Shown: one piece after another, positions 9,380 through 19,637 of the stretch
Layout: every line of letters starts with the position of its first letter
How positions within the stretch are numbered: the stretch's first letter is position 1
DNA from: Candidatus Phaeomarinibacter sp.
GTDB taxonomy: Bacteria; Pseudomonadota; Alphaproteobacteria; CGMCC-115125
NCBI GenBank assembly: GCA_050042885.1
Contig: JBHJJF010000009.1
Location: 25,000-88,999, forward strand
Reading direction: 5' to 3'
DNA: 64,000 nt
Notes under the pieces: generated by a model
What the model saw: the letters and a program-made list of their open reading frames with translations, nothing else
Told to the model about the DNA's origin: nothing
Databases searched by the model: none
Position numbers and translations under genes: made by a program

Positions 9380-10147
9380 CTACATGGCCGAGATGCCACC
9401 GTCGATTTTGATCTCGGAACCCGTAACAAACCGGCTCTCATCGCTCGCGAGATACACAACCGCATAGGCGACGTCATCAGGCTCCCCGATGCGTCCCAGT
9501 GGCACCTGCTTGGCAAGCTTTGTCTCGGCGTCTTCAGCACGGGCAAGGAGACTTTCGAGAATTGGCGTGCGAATGAAAGTGGGGTGGACAGAGTTGGAGC
9601 GGATGTCATAGCCGCGTTTGGCACAATGCAATGCCACAGACTTAGAGAACAACCACACGCCGGCCTTGGCCGCATTGTAGGCGCCCATGTTATGGCCGGC
9701 GATCAGCCCCGCGATCGAAGAGATGTTGACGATGGAGCCCGGCTGGTGCGCCTTCATATGGCCCAGCGCGTATTTGCAGCCCAGGAACACGCTGTCGAGA
9801 TCAACGGATTGAATCTTCTTCCAGTTCTCAAAGGTCTCATCTTCAACTGGGGCTGAGCCGCCGATGCCCGCATTGTTCACCAGAATGTTGAGACCACCCA
9901 TGAAGGCGACAGCCTCATCCAGAGCTGTCTGCCAGGCACTTTCCGATGTCACATCAAGCTCAACAGCCTTGGCACTGCCGGGTGCATCTGCGTTGATGGC
10001 CTCCGCAACCTCCTGCGCCCCTTTGAGGTTGATGTCGGCAACAACAACTTTGGCCCCTTCAGCCACCAGGAGCTTGCTGGTCGCAGCGCCCAGCCCGGAG
10101 GCCCCGCCCGTCACCATTGCCATTTTGCCCTCAACACGTCCGGCCAT
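9380..10147 (-). CDS. Short-chain dehydrogenase/reductase (3-beta-HSD / cyclopentanol dehydrogenase-like)
   Basis: TGGASGLG, NNAG, YNAAK, NSVHP. Confidence 0.93.
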   Translation of the reverse strand: MAGRVEGKMAMVTGGASGLGAATSKLLVAEGAKVVVADINLKGAQEVAEAINADAPGSAKAVELDVTSESAWQTALDEAVAFMGGLNILVNNAGIGGSAPVEDETFENWKKIQSVDLDSVFLGCKYALGHMKAHQPGSIVNISSIAGLIAGHNMGAYNAAKAGVWLFSKSVALHCAKRGYDIRSNSVHPTFIRTPILESLLARAEDAETKLAKQVPLGRIGEPDDVAYAVVYLASDESRFVTGSEIKIDGGISAM

Positions 10148-10196
10148 GTTCATCTCTCCTGTTTGTTTTGTCTGATTGTCTTGGAACTTGGATGGC

Positions 10197-10997
10197 CTAT
10201 CGGCCAGTAAACTTGGGGGCCCGCTTTTCAAGGAATGCCGTGATTGCCTCTCGTTGATCTTCGCCGGTGGAGGCAAGCGCAAACTGGTCGCGGTCCATAT
10301 AAGTCGCCACCGGGTTCAGCGCCTTCGCCGCCATCTCGATGGACTGCTTGGACATACGCAACGGCACCGGTGGCACTGCCGCAGCCCGGCGCGCCAGATC
10401 CATGGCAGTCTCTAGTGCGCTGCCGTCAGCAACGACGTCCTCAACCAACCGCCACGCCAGGGCATCAGGGGCTTTCAGGACCTCGCCGAGAATAACGAAG
10501 AGCTTGGCACGAGCTGGACCCATCAGGTTCACCAGGCGCGGATTGGAGTGCCAGCTCATATTCATGCCCAGCGGTATCTCTGGGAGACGGAACCCGGCAG
10601 ACCGTCCTGCAATGCGAATGTCGCATGCACCAACCAAAGCCACGCCACCACCGATACAATGCCCTTCAACCGCACAGATTGTCAGTTGTTCAAGGTCTTC
10701 CCAGGCATCGCACATGTCCGGGCCGACCTTGAGACCATGCCGCCGCGCCAGCAGTCCATCATCACCAGCAGCCATTTCCGGGTCCTTCAGGTCAGCCCCG
10801 GCACTAAAGATCTTTGACGTCCCGGTGAGAACGATCACATGGGTCGCGATATCGTCTCGAAAGTCTCGTGCGATCTGGGTCAGCTCGCGCATGGCGGCAC
10901 GCGAGAGCGCATTGAGACCATCACCGCGGTCGTACCGCACAATGGCAATGGTGCCGTCGCGCTCGATTGTCGCGAATTCACGCGTCTCGATTGGCAA
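10197..10997 (-). CDS. Enoyl-CoA hydratase/isomerase (crotonase) family
   Basis: FSAGADL, GHCIGGG, LPEIPLG, FLEKRAPKF; likely TTG start. Confidence 0.9.
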   Translation of the reverse strand: MPIETREFATIERDGTIAIVRYDRGDGLNALSRAAMRELTQIARDFRDDIATHVIVLTGTSKIFSAGADLKDPEMAAGDDGLLARRHGLKVGPDMCDAWEDLEQLTICAVEGHCIGGGVALVGACDIRIAGRSAGFRLPEIPLGMNMSWHSNPRLVNLMGPARAKLFVILGEVLKAPDALAWRLVEDVVADGSALETAMDLARRAAAVPPVPLRMSKQSIEMAAKALNPVATYMDRDQFALASTGEDQREAITAFLEKRAPKFTGR

Positions 10998-11121
10998 TGT
11001 TGTTCTCCCCTGCCGCCTCTTAGGTCCAGGCACGCCGACGAGGCGTCCATAGCGTGGCGGATTGGAGACACGCTAGCCGATCAGGCGACCCCGGGAAAGG
11101 AGCGCAGAGGAAGAGAAAGAA

Positions 11122-11766
11122 CTAGGCTTTGACGGCGTCCCAAAGGTTTTTCTCAGCCTGACGAATGGCCGCGTCGTCCAGCACCATATTGCCACTGTGG
11201 TCCAGCTTCGCCATGCCGACAGCCGTGCCCCAGACCATGGCGGTCACCAGACCGCGCGGCATCGGGCGCATCTCACCTGCGTCAATCGCAGCTTCCACAA
11301 GCGCTTCCGCACCGGCGATATAGACGCCGTCATGCTTCTGGCTCTCGTCGTTCAGAAACGGTTTGAGATAATGCTGCTCGAGAAATATGGCCTGCAGCGG
11401 GTAGTCGCGCATCCAACCAATCATGCGGCGCCAGATCAGACCGAAAGCCCCCTCCAAAGACAAACCCGCAGGCGCAGAGGCAAGGAGGCTGTCGTTGAAG
11501 TGTCCACGCCACCGTTGATAGAGCGTGTTCAGCAAGTCTTCCTTGGTGTCGAAATAGCGATAGATCGTGCCGGTCGCCACACCAGCGGCCTTGGCAATCT
11601 CAGGGACTGTGGTCGCCTGGTAGCCACGCATCGCAAATAGCTCAAGCGCCGCGTCCATAATTCTCTGGTGCTTGCTGAGACTTTCCGGCGAGGCATCCAC
11701 CGCCGCCGACCTGCCCGGCAGATAGGGGCCGACTGCAACATCTGGTTCGCGTTTCGTGTCGTTCAT
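11122..11766 (-). CDS. TetR/AcrR family regulator
   Basis: TTVPEIAKAAGVATGTIYRYFDTKEDL HTH. Confidence 0.92.
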   Translation of the reverse strand: MNDTKREPDVAVGPYLPGRSAAVDASPESLSKHQRIMDAALELFAMRGYQATTVPEIAKAAGVATGTIYRYFDTKEDLLNTLYQRWRGHFNDSLLASAPAGLSLEGAFGLIWRRMIGWMRDYPLQAIFLEQHYLKPFLNDESQKHDGVYIAGAEALVEAAIDAGEMRPMPRGLVTAMVWGTAVGMAKLDHSGNMVLDDAAIRQAEKNLWDAVKA

Positions 11767-11831
11767 CTTACTAACCTCAATGAACTCGTGTTGGCCATCA
11801 AGCTGCAATGGGCCCGCAAGCCATGCCTGCG

Positions 11832-13025
11832 TTAAAGTGTCGTCGTATCGGTCTCAACCCCGAAGAGCATCCGCCCGGTCAACTCCCAGGTTGCAGGTGC
11901 CGTCATCATATGTTGCGTGGCCACATGCACGTCGCGGAAGGCACGCTGAAGGGGACAGGTGCGATGCACCGCGCTTCCGCCACCCAGAAGATACATTCGG
12001 TCCACAACACGCGCTGACGCCGTTGTGGCATGCGTTGCCGCCAGGCGAAGGTCGCGGCGCTGATCGATACCGATGACCCCGTCCGCTGTTGCGGCAACCC
12101 ACGCGTCTCCAACAGCGTCAGTCAAGAATGCCTGTGCGGCTCTCAACTCCGCCTCGCCCATCGCCAGTTCAGATTGGGCTTGCGGTCGGTGTGCAAGGGT
12201 CTTGCGGCTGCCCTGAGGCACCTTGCCCCCGCCAATTTCGATAATCTCGTCGATGGCCTGACGCGCAAGACCGGTTGCCACAGAGGCGATGCCGACCGCC
12301 AGAAGACCAAATACCGGAAAGGCGTACAGTGGATTGGTGAGCGTCGGCGGTGTGGTGATATCGGCCCCATTTCCCAAAGGCACAACGACATTGTCAGCCT
12401 CAAAATCACTGCTCCCGCTGCCGGCGAGACCGGAAGGGTCCCAGTTGTCATGGAGGGTCAGATCATTTGCCGGCATCGCAAACATCTGGGTACGAGGGCG
12501 CCCGGTGTCATCGACCACAGGCTCATCGTCTGCAAACAGGCGCGCGCCGCCGAACACCCATTGCGCATTGTGAGAGCCGGACCCCCAGGCCCAGCGACCT
12601 TTAACCGTCGCAGTGTCTGCCGAGACGTCGGCCGTCCCCATGGGGGCAAAGACACCTGCCGTAATGGTATTGGCGTCTTCGCCATAAATGCGGCCTGCCG
12701 CCGCCGGGTCAAGATAAGCGGCCGTCAGACCGGTTGTTGAGCCGATCATCACGCACCATGCCGCGGACCCGTCCGCTTGCGCCAATGCATCGATGACCCC
12801 GGAAATTTGCTGCGGAGTTGCCTCAAGCCCACCCAAGGCCTGCGGCACCGCCATCCGATAGAACCCGGCGGAGGCAAACCTGTCTGCAAGATCCTGGGGG
12901 AGCTGACGGGCCTTTTCGATTTCCGCAGCACGTTCTCGCAACTCGCCGGCAAATCCATGTGCCGCAGCCACCAGCCCATCTGCGCTGGTTGGATGAGGCA
13001 CAATCTGCGCTGAATCACTTGGCAT
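11832..13025 (-). CDS. Acyl-CoA dehydrogenase-like flavin-dependent hydroxylase (HsaA/C2-HpaH type oxygenase component)
   Basis: ADGSAAW, GRWAWGSG, WDPSGLAGSGS, LQRAFRDVHVATQH. Confidence 0.85.
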   Translation of the reverse strand: MPSDSAQIVPHPTSADGLVAAAHGFAGELRERAAEIEKARQLPQDLADRFASAGFYRMAVPQALGGLEATPQQISGVIDALAQADGSAAWCVMIGSTTGLTAAYLDPAAAGRIYGEDANTITAGVFAPMGTADVSADTATVKGRWAWGSGSHNAQWVFGGARLFADDEPVVDDTGRPRTQMFAMPANDLTLHDNWDPSGLAGSGSSDFEADNVVVPLGNGADITTPPTLTNPLYAFPVFGLLAVGIASVATGLARQAIDEIIEIGGGKVPQGSRKTLAHRPQAQSELAMGEAELRAAQAFLTDAVGDAWVAATADGVIGIDQRRDLRLAATHATTASARVVDRMYLLGGGSAVHRTCPLQRAFRDVHVATQHMMTAPATWELTGRMLFGVETDTTTL

Positions 13026-13073
13026 AATGTTTTTCCCTGCAACTTCCGGCCATCGAAACCCGTCCTGTGCGCA

Positions 13074-13877
13074 TCAGGTTCCGCTGAAACTGGGCCGCCG
13101 TTTTTCGAGAAAGGCCGATACGGCCTCCCGGTGATCGTCTTTTGTGAATGAGATCATCTCATAGGCCAGCGATGCGTCAAACACCGTGGCCGCGAGACGC
13201 TTCAGTTCCATGTTCACAGCAGCTTTGGTGTGCTGAATAGCCTGGGGCGCGCCCGCGGCCAGCTTTGTCGCAAAGGCGCGCGCTTTGTCCTGCAGCGCGT
13301 CATCCGGCACCACATGGTTGACGAGCCCGCTGCGCTCCGCTTCGGCTGCACGAAACGGGTCGCCCGTCATCAGATACTCCTTGGCACGCGCATAACCGAC
13401 CAGCTGCGGCCAGATGACAGCACCACCATCGCCAGCCACAAGCCCCACACGGACATGCGGATCAGATAGCTGTGCCGTCTCGCCCATGAAAATGACATCG
13501 CTGAACAGGGCGATTGTCGCGCCGAGCCCCACCGCCGGGCCATTGATGGCGGCAACGATTGGCTTTTCCACATCAAGCAGCGTCGTCACGATACGGCGCC
13601 CTTCAGAGGCACTGGGGCTGGCAGCCTTGCCTTCAAGCCCGGCCTTCATCCAGGCAATGTCCCCACCGGCACAAAATGCATTCCCGTCCGGGTCGCCGGT
13701 CAGAACGACCACCCGTGTTGTTTCGTCTTCCTGCGCATCAACAAAGATGTCGGCGAGTTCGTGGTGCATCTGCTCATCAACCGCATTGCGCAATGCCGGG
13801 TTGGAAAGATGCAGTGTCAGAATACCGTCTTGCCGCGATGCCTTGATGCGGGTGTAACGATCGAACCGGTCAGACAT
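13074..13877 (-). CDS. Enoyl-CoA hydratase/isomerase family (DPH-type)
   Basis: FCAGGDI, NGPAVGLG, DPHVRVGLVAGDGG. Confidence 0.9.
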   Translation of the reverse strand: MSDRFDRYTRIKASRQDGILTLHLSNPALRNAVDEQMHHELADIFVDAQEDETTRVVVLTGDPDGNAFCAGGDIAWMKAGLEGKAASPSASEGRRIVTTLLDVEKPIVAAINGPAVGLGATIALFSDVIFMGETAQLSDPHVRVGLVAGDGGAVIWPQLVGYARAKEYLMTGDPFRAAEAERSGLVNHVVPDDALQDKARAFATKLAAGAPQAIQHTKAAVNMELKRLAATVFDASLAYEMISFTKDDHREAVSAFLEKRRPSFSGT

Positions 13878-13996
13878 GCAAGCCTCGTGGTTGTGTATCC
13901 CAAAAAAGTACCGCCGCCCTGTCTGTGCTGCAAACCTCAAATGGGCGCAACGCAGCCGGGACGGCGGCAATGTCGTCAGTGTAGTTTCAGGTGCGC

Positions 13997-15052
13997 CTAG
14001 CTTCCGCTGCGGAACCCTTCCGCCGTGTCAGGATGCTTTACGACACCCGGTTCACCAAAGATGAAAACAGAGCCATCCGGGCCGTCGACAACACTCGAAT
14101 AACCTTTGCGGTCGGGTCGATCCACAACTTCGAAGGATTGTCCGCCATCGGTGCTGTAGGCAACACCGCCATTGAGGCCTGCCAGGACAATGGAGCCGTC
14201 ATCAAGCTGGATGCCGCCGCCAAATGACTTTTTCGAACCGGTTTCGACCTGTGTCCATGTCGTACCCTGATCCTCGGAACGCCAGACATTGCCGCGCATG
14301 CCGTACAGCAGGATGTTGCCATCGTCGAGTGTCATGCCACCCCAGAATGAGCCGAAGTAAGGCGTCTTGATCGGCTCCCAGTTTGCGCCGCTATCAAGTG
14401 AGCGGAACACGAACCCGGTCTCGGCCGCGATGAACATGGTCCCATTGGGACCTTCAAAAAGCGCATTGAGATGGGGCTCGTACTCGAGGCCTTCCAGCGG
14501 CGGCGGAGGGTCAGGGATAACCGACTGAAGGTTCCATGTCTCACCGCCGTCACTTGTTGACAGGGCAGTCGAGAAGGCGCCAACGGCGACACCATTGTTG
14601 GCATCTGCAAACCGCACGGAGAAGAGCGGCATTTCCGCCTCAGCATCGTCGTACTTCAACTCCCAGGTCTCGCCGCCGTCTTCGGTCTTGATGATCACAG
14701 CATCATGACCAACAGCATACCCAACTTGATCGTCGGCAAAATAGACAGCAGTCAGCAGGGCCTGTGTCGGCACTGACTCGGCCTGCCGCCATGTGGCGCC
14801 ATCGTCGTCGGAAAGGACCACATGTCCAAACTGACCGACTGCAACAATGCGTCCGCCCAGATCAGCGGCAGCCACCAAAAGTGACTTCGGCGCCAGATCA
14901 GACGGCGTGGCATACCCCTTCGTCTCAAGCTCTTTGATGACAGCGGCTTCCGCAGGATCAACCTGCGGCACAGCCTGAGCAGGAACTGAAGCGACAGCGG
15001 CCAGGGCCAGCGCTGCAATTCCGCCCTTGAATGCGGTGTTTAGTGTGCTCAT
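13997..15052 (-). CDS. YCF48-related / BNR-repeat secreted beta-propeller protein
   Basis: Signal peptide; repeated S/T-x-D-x-G-x-T/N-W Asp-boxes; downstream of DUF1302/DUF1329. Confidence 0.88.
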   Translation of the reverse strand: MSTLNTAFKGGIAALALAAVASVPAQAVPQVDPAEAAVIKELETKGYATPSDLAPKSLLVAAADLGGRIVAVGQFGHVVLSDDDGATWRQAESVPTQALLTAVYFADDQVGYAVGHDAVIIKTEDGGETWELKYDDAEAEMPLFSVRFADANNGVAVGAFSTALSTSDGGETWNLQSVIPDPPPPLEGLEYEPHLNALFEGPNGTMFIAAETGFVFRSLDSGANWEPIKTPYFGSFWGGMTLDDGNILLYGMRGNVWRSEDQGTTWTQVETGSKKSFGGGIQLDDGSIVLAGLNGGVAYSTDGGQSFEVVDRPDRKGYSSVVDGPDGSVFIFGEPGVVKHPDTAEGFRSGS

Positions 15053-15296
15053 GGGTCTAACTCAATCCACTCATTCGCCTCTCAACCAAGAGAAGCCTTG
15101 GGTACATCCGCGAGATCTATTCGAGTGACCTCGGTGTGCACCATGATTGCGCATTTACTCTGGGCCTATCCTACACCGTCCGGTGCTTTCACATAGCGTG
15201 AAAACGCCTGGACCACCTGCCTTTGTTGCTATGCCTAACGCAGAGCGGATTCAGGCGGTATGTCGTCCAGCAGATTCAAGAGTGGATAGACATCAA

Positions 15297-15337
15297 CAAA
15301 CGGGCCGGTCCCCTCAAGAGAAGACCGGCCCGCTGTT
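15297..15337 (-). terminator. Intrinsic terminator after DUF1329
   Basis: CGGGCCGGTC...GACCGGCCCG stem followed by TTTGTT on the minus strand. Confidence 0.75.
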
Positions 15338-15362
15338 AGGTCGTCGTCAGGCGTTGCGCGAC

Positions 15363-16727
15363 TTAGCGCACACCAAGCTGACGGATAGCCGAAGGCGTAT
15401 ACCGGTCAGGATTGAGCTCATCGGCGAAGTAGTTCACGCCTGGCTCTTCGTTCTGCATGGCAAGTGACAGGTAACGACCGTTACCAGTGTCATACACAAC
15501 TTCCGTTCCGGAACCGCAAAGCGGCACATTGTAGCGCTGGATTGTGTGCAGCTCCTGCACGCGCCACAGTTCGCCACGACCGTCATACAGCTCAGCCTGA
15601 GCCAGCTGCCACGCATCTTCATCAAGATGCTTCACGCGGCGGCTATAGATGTGACGGTTTTCAGCACGCAGATTGGCTTCGATTGTCCACACGCGGTGAA
15701 GCTCGTAGCGAATCTTGTCCTGGTTCAGGTGACGCGCCTGAATGTACTCATTGTATGGTGCGGCTTCCGCATCATACGCGTTGTAAGCAATCAGCTTTTC
15801 GCTCTTGCCTTTGACGGTCCAGTCGAAACGGTCCGGCGCGCCATTGTAGCCGTCGAACGAATCTGACGTGGACAGACCATCAGAGTTTGTGCCCGGGTTG
15901 TCATAAGCAATGTTCGGAGCGCGACGCACACGACGCGTGCCCGGTGAATACTGCCATGCCTTACGCGGATCGAGTGAACGGTTGAGAGTCTCGTGCACCA
16001 GGATCACGCTACCAGCAGCACGCGCCGGAGCGGTCGTGTTGGCGATGTAGTAAATCGAGATGTTGTCGAGTTCCTCAGCCGCACCCTTGTTGGGGTCGGA
16101 CCACTGAAGGATCGCTTCATCCTGCACGGTCTGCAGCGTGTAGTCGCCGGTTGCCGTAACTGGAGCAGCCGTAAACTGACGCGTTACCTTAAACGCACGA
16201 TAGCGCAGCGTGTGGTTCCAGATCGCTTCCAGACCGGAATTGATGATCGGGAAAGGCGAACCCATGATGCCTTTGCCAACACCGTTACCACCACCAACAA
16301 GCTCAGACACAACAGCGTTGCGCTTGTTGGCTTCATAAACGTATTCAGGGAACGCGCACGAACGGCGTGTCTGATAGACGTTCATCTTGTAGGTGTCGTA
16401 GGTCGACAGGAGCTTCTTGTAACCCTCAGTCAGCACACCGTCATACTGGCCCATATTGCCAGCATTCACCGTATACTGGACCGCGTCACCCGAGAACGGG
16501 TTCTGCAGACGATCGCCGGCGTTGTACGTCACGCCGGGAGGGGGGGTCGGAAGACCACCGGTCCATGCCGGGATTGCCCCGCCATTGCCGGCCTTCTCGC
16601 CACCCATCGGGTTGAGATCATTTCCCAGACGGTCCGCCTGGGCCTGCGGAACTGCTGCAAGAGCGGCAGACGCGCCAAGCGCGACCCCACCTGCAATCGT
16701 AGCCGCAAGAATGCCACTGGTTTTCAT
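15363..16727 (-). CDS. DUF1329 periplasmic protein (LolA-like fold)
   Basis: Signal peptide, GAIPAWTGG, RKAWQYSPGTRRVRRAP, YELHRVW, YDGRGELWR; GGAGG RBS. Confidence 0.92.
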   Translation of the reverse strand: MKTSGILAATIAGGVALGASAALAAVPQAQADRLGNDLNPMGGEKAGNGGAIPAWTGGLPTPPPGVTYNAGDRLQNPFSGDAVQYTVNAGNMGQYDGVLTEGYKKLLSTYDTYKMNVYQTRRSCAFPEYVYEANKRNAVVSELVGGGNGVGKGIMGSPFPIINSGLEAIWNHTLRYRAFKVTRQFTAAPVTATGDYTLQTVQDEAILQWSDPNKGAAEELDNISIYYIANTTAPARAAGSVILVHETLNRSLDPRKAWQYSPGTRRVRRAPNIAYDNPGTNSDGLSTSDSFDGYNGAPDRFDWTVKGKSEKLIAYNAYDAEAAPYNEYIQARHLNQDKIRYELHRVWTIEANLRAENRHIYSRRVKHLDEDAWQLAQAELYDGRGELWRVQELHTIQRYNVPLCGSGTEVVYDTGNGRYLSLAMQNEEPGVNYFADELNPDRYTPSAIRQLGVR

Positions 16728-16831
16728 TGAGAATCTTCCTCCACTGAAGAGTTCGTTTGCGGCCATCCGGTTCGCAGCATCACCTGCGCCATAGGACCAA
16801 TCGTGTTCCCCACGAGTTTTTGGTGTGACGT

Positions 16832-16861
16832 CCGGGCCGCCTCCCAAAGGAAGCGGCCCGG
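16832..16861 (-). promoter_or_regulatory. Intercistronic stem-loop after DUF1302 (mRNA stabiliser / partial terminator)
   Basis: CCGGGCCGC...GCGGCCCGG; no U-tract on the minus strand. Confidence 0.6.
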
Positions 16862-16886
16862 TGTCAAAGTCGTGTTCAGCCTAACC

Positions 16887-19637
16887 TTAGAACGAGTAGC
16901 TCGCTGTGAGCGACACAAAGTCGTCATCAAGGTCGTTCTGATATTTTTCAGACCCCATGAAGTCCGTGTAGCTCAGACCCACGGACCAGGTGCTCTGCAG
17001 ATTTGCAGTGAGGCTGAAGCCGAGTGACCGCCGGTCTTCAAGGTAGTTGCCGAGCGGAGCCGGCGTAAGGCCTTCAAGATCGTGACGATACACAAGCTGC
17101 GGGGAAAGTGTCCACGCAGAGCCAAAGGCATTGTTGTAGTCCAGGCGGGTCAGAAGAATACCACCATAAGACGTCTCAGTCGGCGCACACCCTGTCGCAA
17201 AGTCGAGGGCGAGAATACCACCAAGCGGCAGATCCGTACCGGAGCGGCAAAGCTGGGCAAGACGATTGAACTCAGCCGCGGTTGCGTCTTCGTTCGGCAC
17301 GTCAGGAATGTGCACCAGGCCGAATTCCGTCACGAGGATACCAATGTCCGCACCGAGGAAGTTAATCAGCGGATTGGAGTTGGTATATGTCGCGGTTGTG
17401 CCGATCTGGAAAGTGAACACTTCCTCACGAACAAACGCTGTAGGTGTACGGCCCTGACCAAGAGCTGCAGAGTAGTTCTGCGCCTGGCATGCCGAAGCAG
17501 TACCATTTGCAAACTCAGCTGCTGTCGGCTGTGTACCAGGCTCAGTTGACTGCGGAGCCAGTCCGAAGACGTTGGTGTCACCGAATGCCACGGCACCAAC
17601 ACACTGACCACCTGCCGCAGAAATCGTCTGCTGCGTTGTGTCAACCTGCAACGGTTGGTTAGGCCGGTAGGAGAATTCACCCTGCACACCCCAATCACCA
17701 ATCGTGGTGTTGAAGCTCACGCCCCACAGCTCGATGTCTTCCGGGTAAAGCAGCGTCGTCTCGAGGTTCTGCTGACCAGCCAGGAACTCCGTGCCGTTGG
17801 TGCGGATGGGAATAAGCTGGGTAGCAGCATCACCAGTGCTTGCACCGCCAGTTACCGCGGCGGTGAACGCATTAATACCACCAATCTGACCTGTGCCAAC
17901 CTGAATACCGCAGTTGATAACAGCTGCTGTCCGAAGGTCAACTTGGCCATCAGCGACAGCAAGATTGGGGTTGGCAGCCAAAGCCGCGCCTTGTGCTGTC
18001 GCATTGGCGGCTAGGGCATTAATCTGAGCCTGTTGAGCCGCTTGAGTTGGACCAGCAGGGACCGCAGCAGCAGCGAGTGTAAGAGCGTTCGCGTAAGCAT
18101 TGAAACCGGCGACAGCCGTCGGCCCCAAATTAAAGGCGGTGTTGTTCGGGTCATCATAGATTACACCCGTCGAACCAAAACCGCCGATGCGCAAGGCCGG
18201 GTCAGCAAAGTCACCGGATGTCATCAAGCCTACACCCGCCGGGAAAGCACCAACGCCAGTATTGCCACCACCGAAGCAACCGACGGAGGTACCGAACGTT
18301 GTAGAAGTGCCCTGAGAGTCAGTCACAGACGTAACAATCTGCGCGACCCCGGTTGAGCGCACCTGCGCAATTGGCAAGCGGGAATGATAGTTCATGTAGT
18401 AGAAGCCAAATTCCGTTGAATTCAGCTCTTCAGAATAGTAGCGAAGAGCGACACCCCATTGGCCGCTATCGCTTGGGGTCTCATCCGCGCCGCGGGCAGT
18501 ACCCAGAAGCCTGGCATTGCCAAGGTCATCAATGATACCCTGACCGGTATAGCCCGAGAGCAAAATACCCTGTGCAGAACCATCTGTCGGCAATTCGGTA
18601 TTAAAGTGCTGTGTCGACGCGACTGAGCAACCAGTACCGACCAGGTTATTGTAGCGTCCCAGAGAGCCAGCACCGCCTGCAGCGGCCAACAGCGCGGTCT
18701 GACCAGTGCCGGTACAGTTACGCTGGTTGAAGCCATTGCGGATTGAGCCGGAATAAAAACCGATACCCTGGTTACCACCAAAGCTGGAGTTCGAATTCGC
18801 GACATCCGAACCGGCAAAAGGCGTACCGGCGGGATCAAGCTGGAACGGCTCCCAGTCGAGCTGGTAAAATGCTTCCAAAGACAGGTCAAACGGCAGACCA
18901 ATGGAACCATACAAAGCCCAGACCGGAATCAGGCCTTCCTTAATTTCAACACCAGGACGGCGGAACGCGCTGACATCAACCGGGTTCACCGAGTTGATAC
19001 CGTTAAAGATGAAGGTCCCTTCACCCCAGGAAATAACCTGCTTACCAGCACGGAAATTGACAGGCAGTGAGCCAACATCAAAGTCCGTGGAAAGATAGAG
19101 ATCTAGCAGGCGAACATCCCGGCCCACCTCTTCCTTATTGTTGTCATCAATGCCAAAGCGATTGTACGCACTGTCGCTGTTAAGCACTGCGTCATAGAAC
19201 TCAGTCGCACGGGCAAACAACGTGAAGTTGCGCCATGTCATCTGGAGATCGTGGTTGGCCTTGATGTTGGCGGATGTCAGATCTCCGGAACCAAAGTTCA
19301 AAAACCGGTCATCTGTGTTGGACGAGTCATCAAGGTTGTCAGCGACGCCGTCTGTGGCGACGAAACTTACATTCTGCCCAAGTGCGTTTGCACCAGTAAC
19401 CGTAAGAGCCCCGGCTCCATTCTCACGGGCATCAAAGTTACCACCGTTGAACTCAGCCTTAAAAGCGTCGCGCGCATCCTTGGTCTTCATCTGGACACCA
19501 ACGGAAACCGTCGTGTCAAAGAAGACTTTCAGTTCGCCGAACTCAGTAGACAGCGCGTGCGCCTGTCCCCCTGAGGCCAGCAGACCCACACCCACGGCAC
19601 TGCCTAGGAGTGCGGATCGCAAATTGCGAGTAGTCAT
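16887..19637 (-). CDS. DUF1302 outer-membrane beta-barrel protein, unusually long (916 aa)
   Basis: DTTVSVG, GKQVISWGEG, EAFYQLDW, YYMNYHSRLP, YPEDIELWGVSFNT, C-terminal SYSF; GAGGAG RBS. Confidence 0.9.
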   Translation of the reverse strand: MTTRNLRSALLGSAVGVGLLASGGQAHALSTEFGELKVFFDTTVSVGVQMKTKDARDAFKAEFNGGNFDARENGAGALTVTGANALGQNVSFVATDGVADNLDDSSNTDDRFLNFGSGDLTSANIKANHDLQMTWRNFTLFARATEFYDAVLNSDSAYNRFGIDDNNKEEVGRDVRLLDLYLSTDFDVGSLPVNFRAGKQVISWGEGTFIFNGINSVNPVDVSAFRRPGVEIKEGLIPVWALYGSIGLPFDLSLEAFYQLDWEPFQLDPAGTPFAGSDVANSNSSFGGNQGIGFYSGSIRNGFNQRNCTGTGQTALLAAAGGAGSLGRYNNLVGTGCSVASTQHFNTELPTDGSAQGILLSGYTGQGIIDDLGNARLLGTARGADETPSDSGQWGVALRYYSEELNSTEFGFYYMNYHSRLPIAQVRSTGVAQIVTSVTDSQGTSTTFGTSVGCFGGGNTGVGAFPAGVGLMTSGDFADPALRIGGFGSTGVIYDDPNNTAFNLGPTAVAGFNAYANALTLAAAAVPAGPTQAAQQAQINALAANATAQGAALAANPNLAVADGQVDLRTAAVINCGIQVGTGQIGGINAFTAAVTGGASTGDAATQLIPIRTNGTEFLAGQQNLETTLLYPEDIELWGVSFNTTIGDWGVQGEFSYRPNQPLQVDTTQQTISAAGGQCVGAVAFGDTNVFGLAPQSTEPGTQPTAAEFANGTASACQAQNYSAALGQGRTPTAFVREEVFTFQIGTTATYTNSNPLINFLGADIGILVTEFGLVHIPDVPNEDATAAEFNRLAQLCRSGTDLPLGGILALDFATGCAPTETSYGGILLTRLDYNNAFGSAWTLSPQLVYRHDLEGLTPAPLGNYLEDRRSLGFSLTANLQSTWSVGLSYTDFMGSEKYQNDLDDDFVSLTASYSF

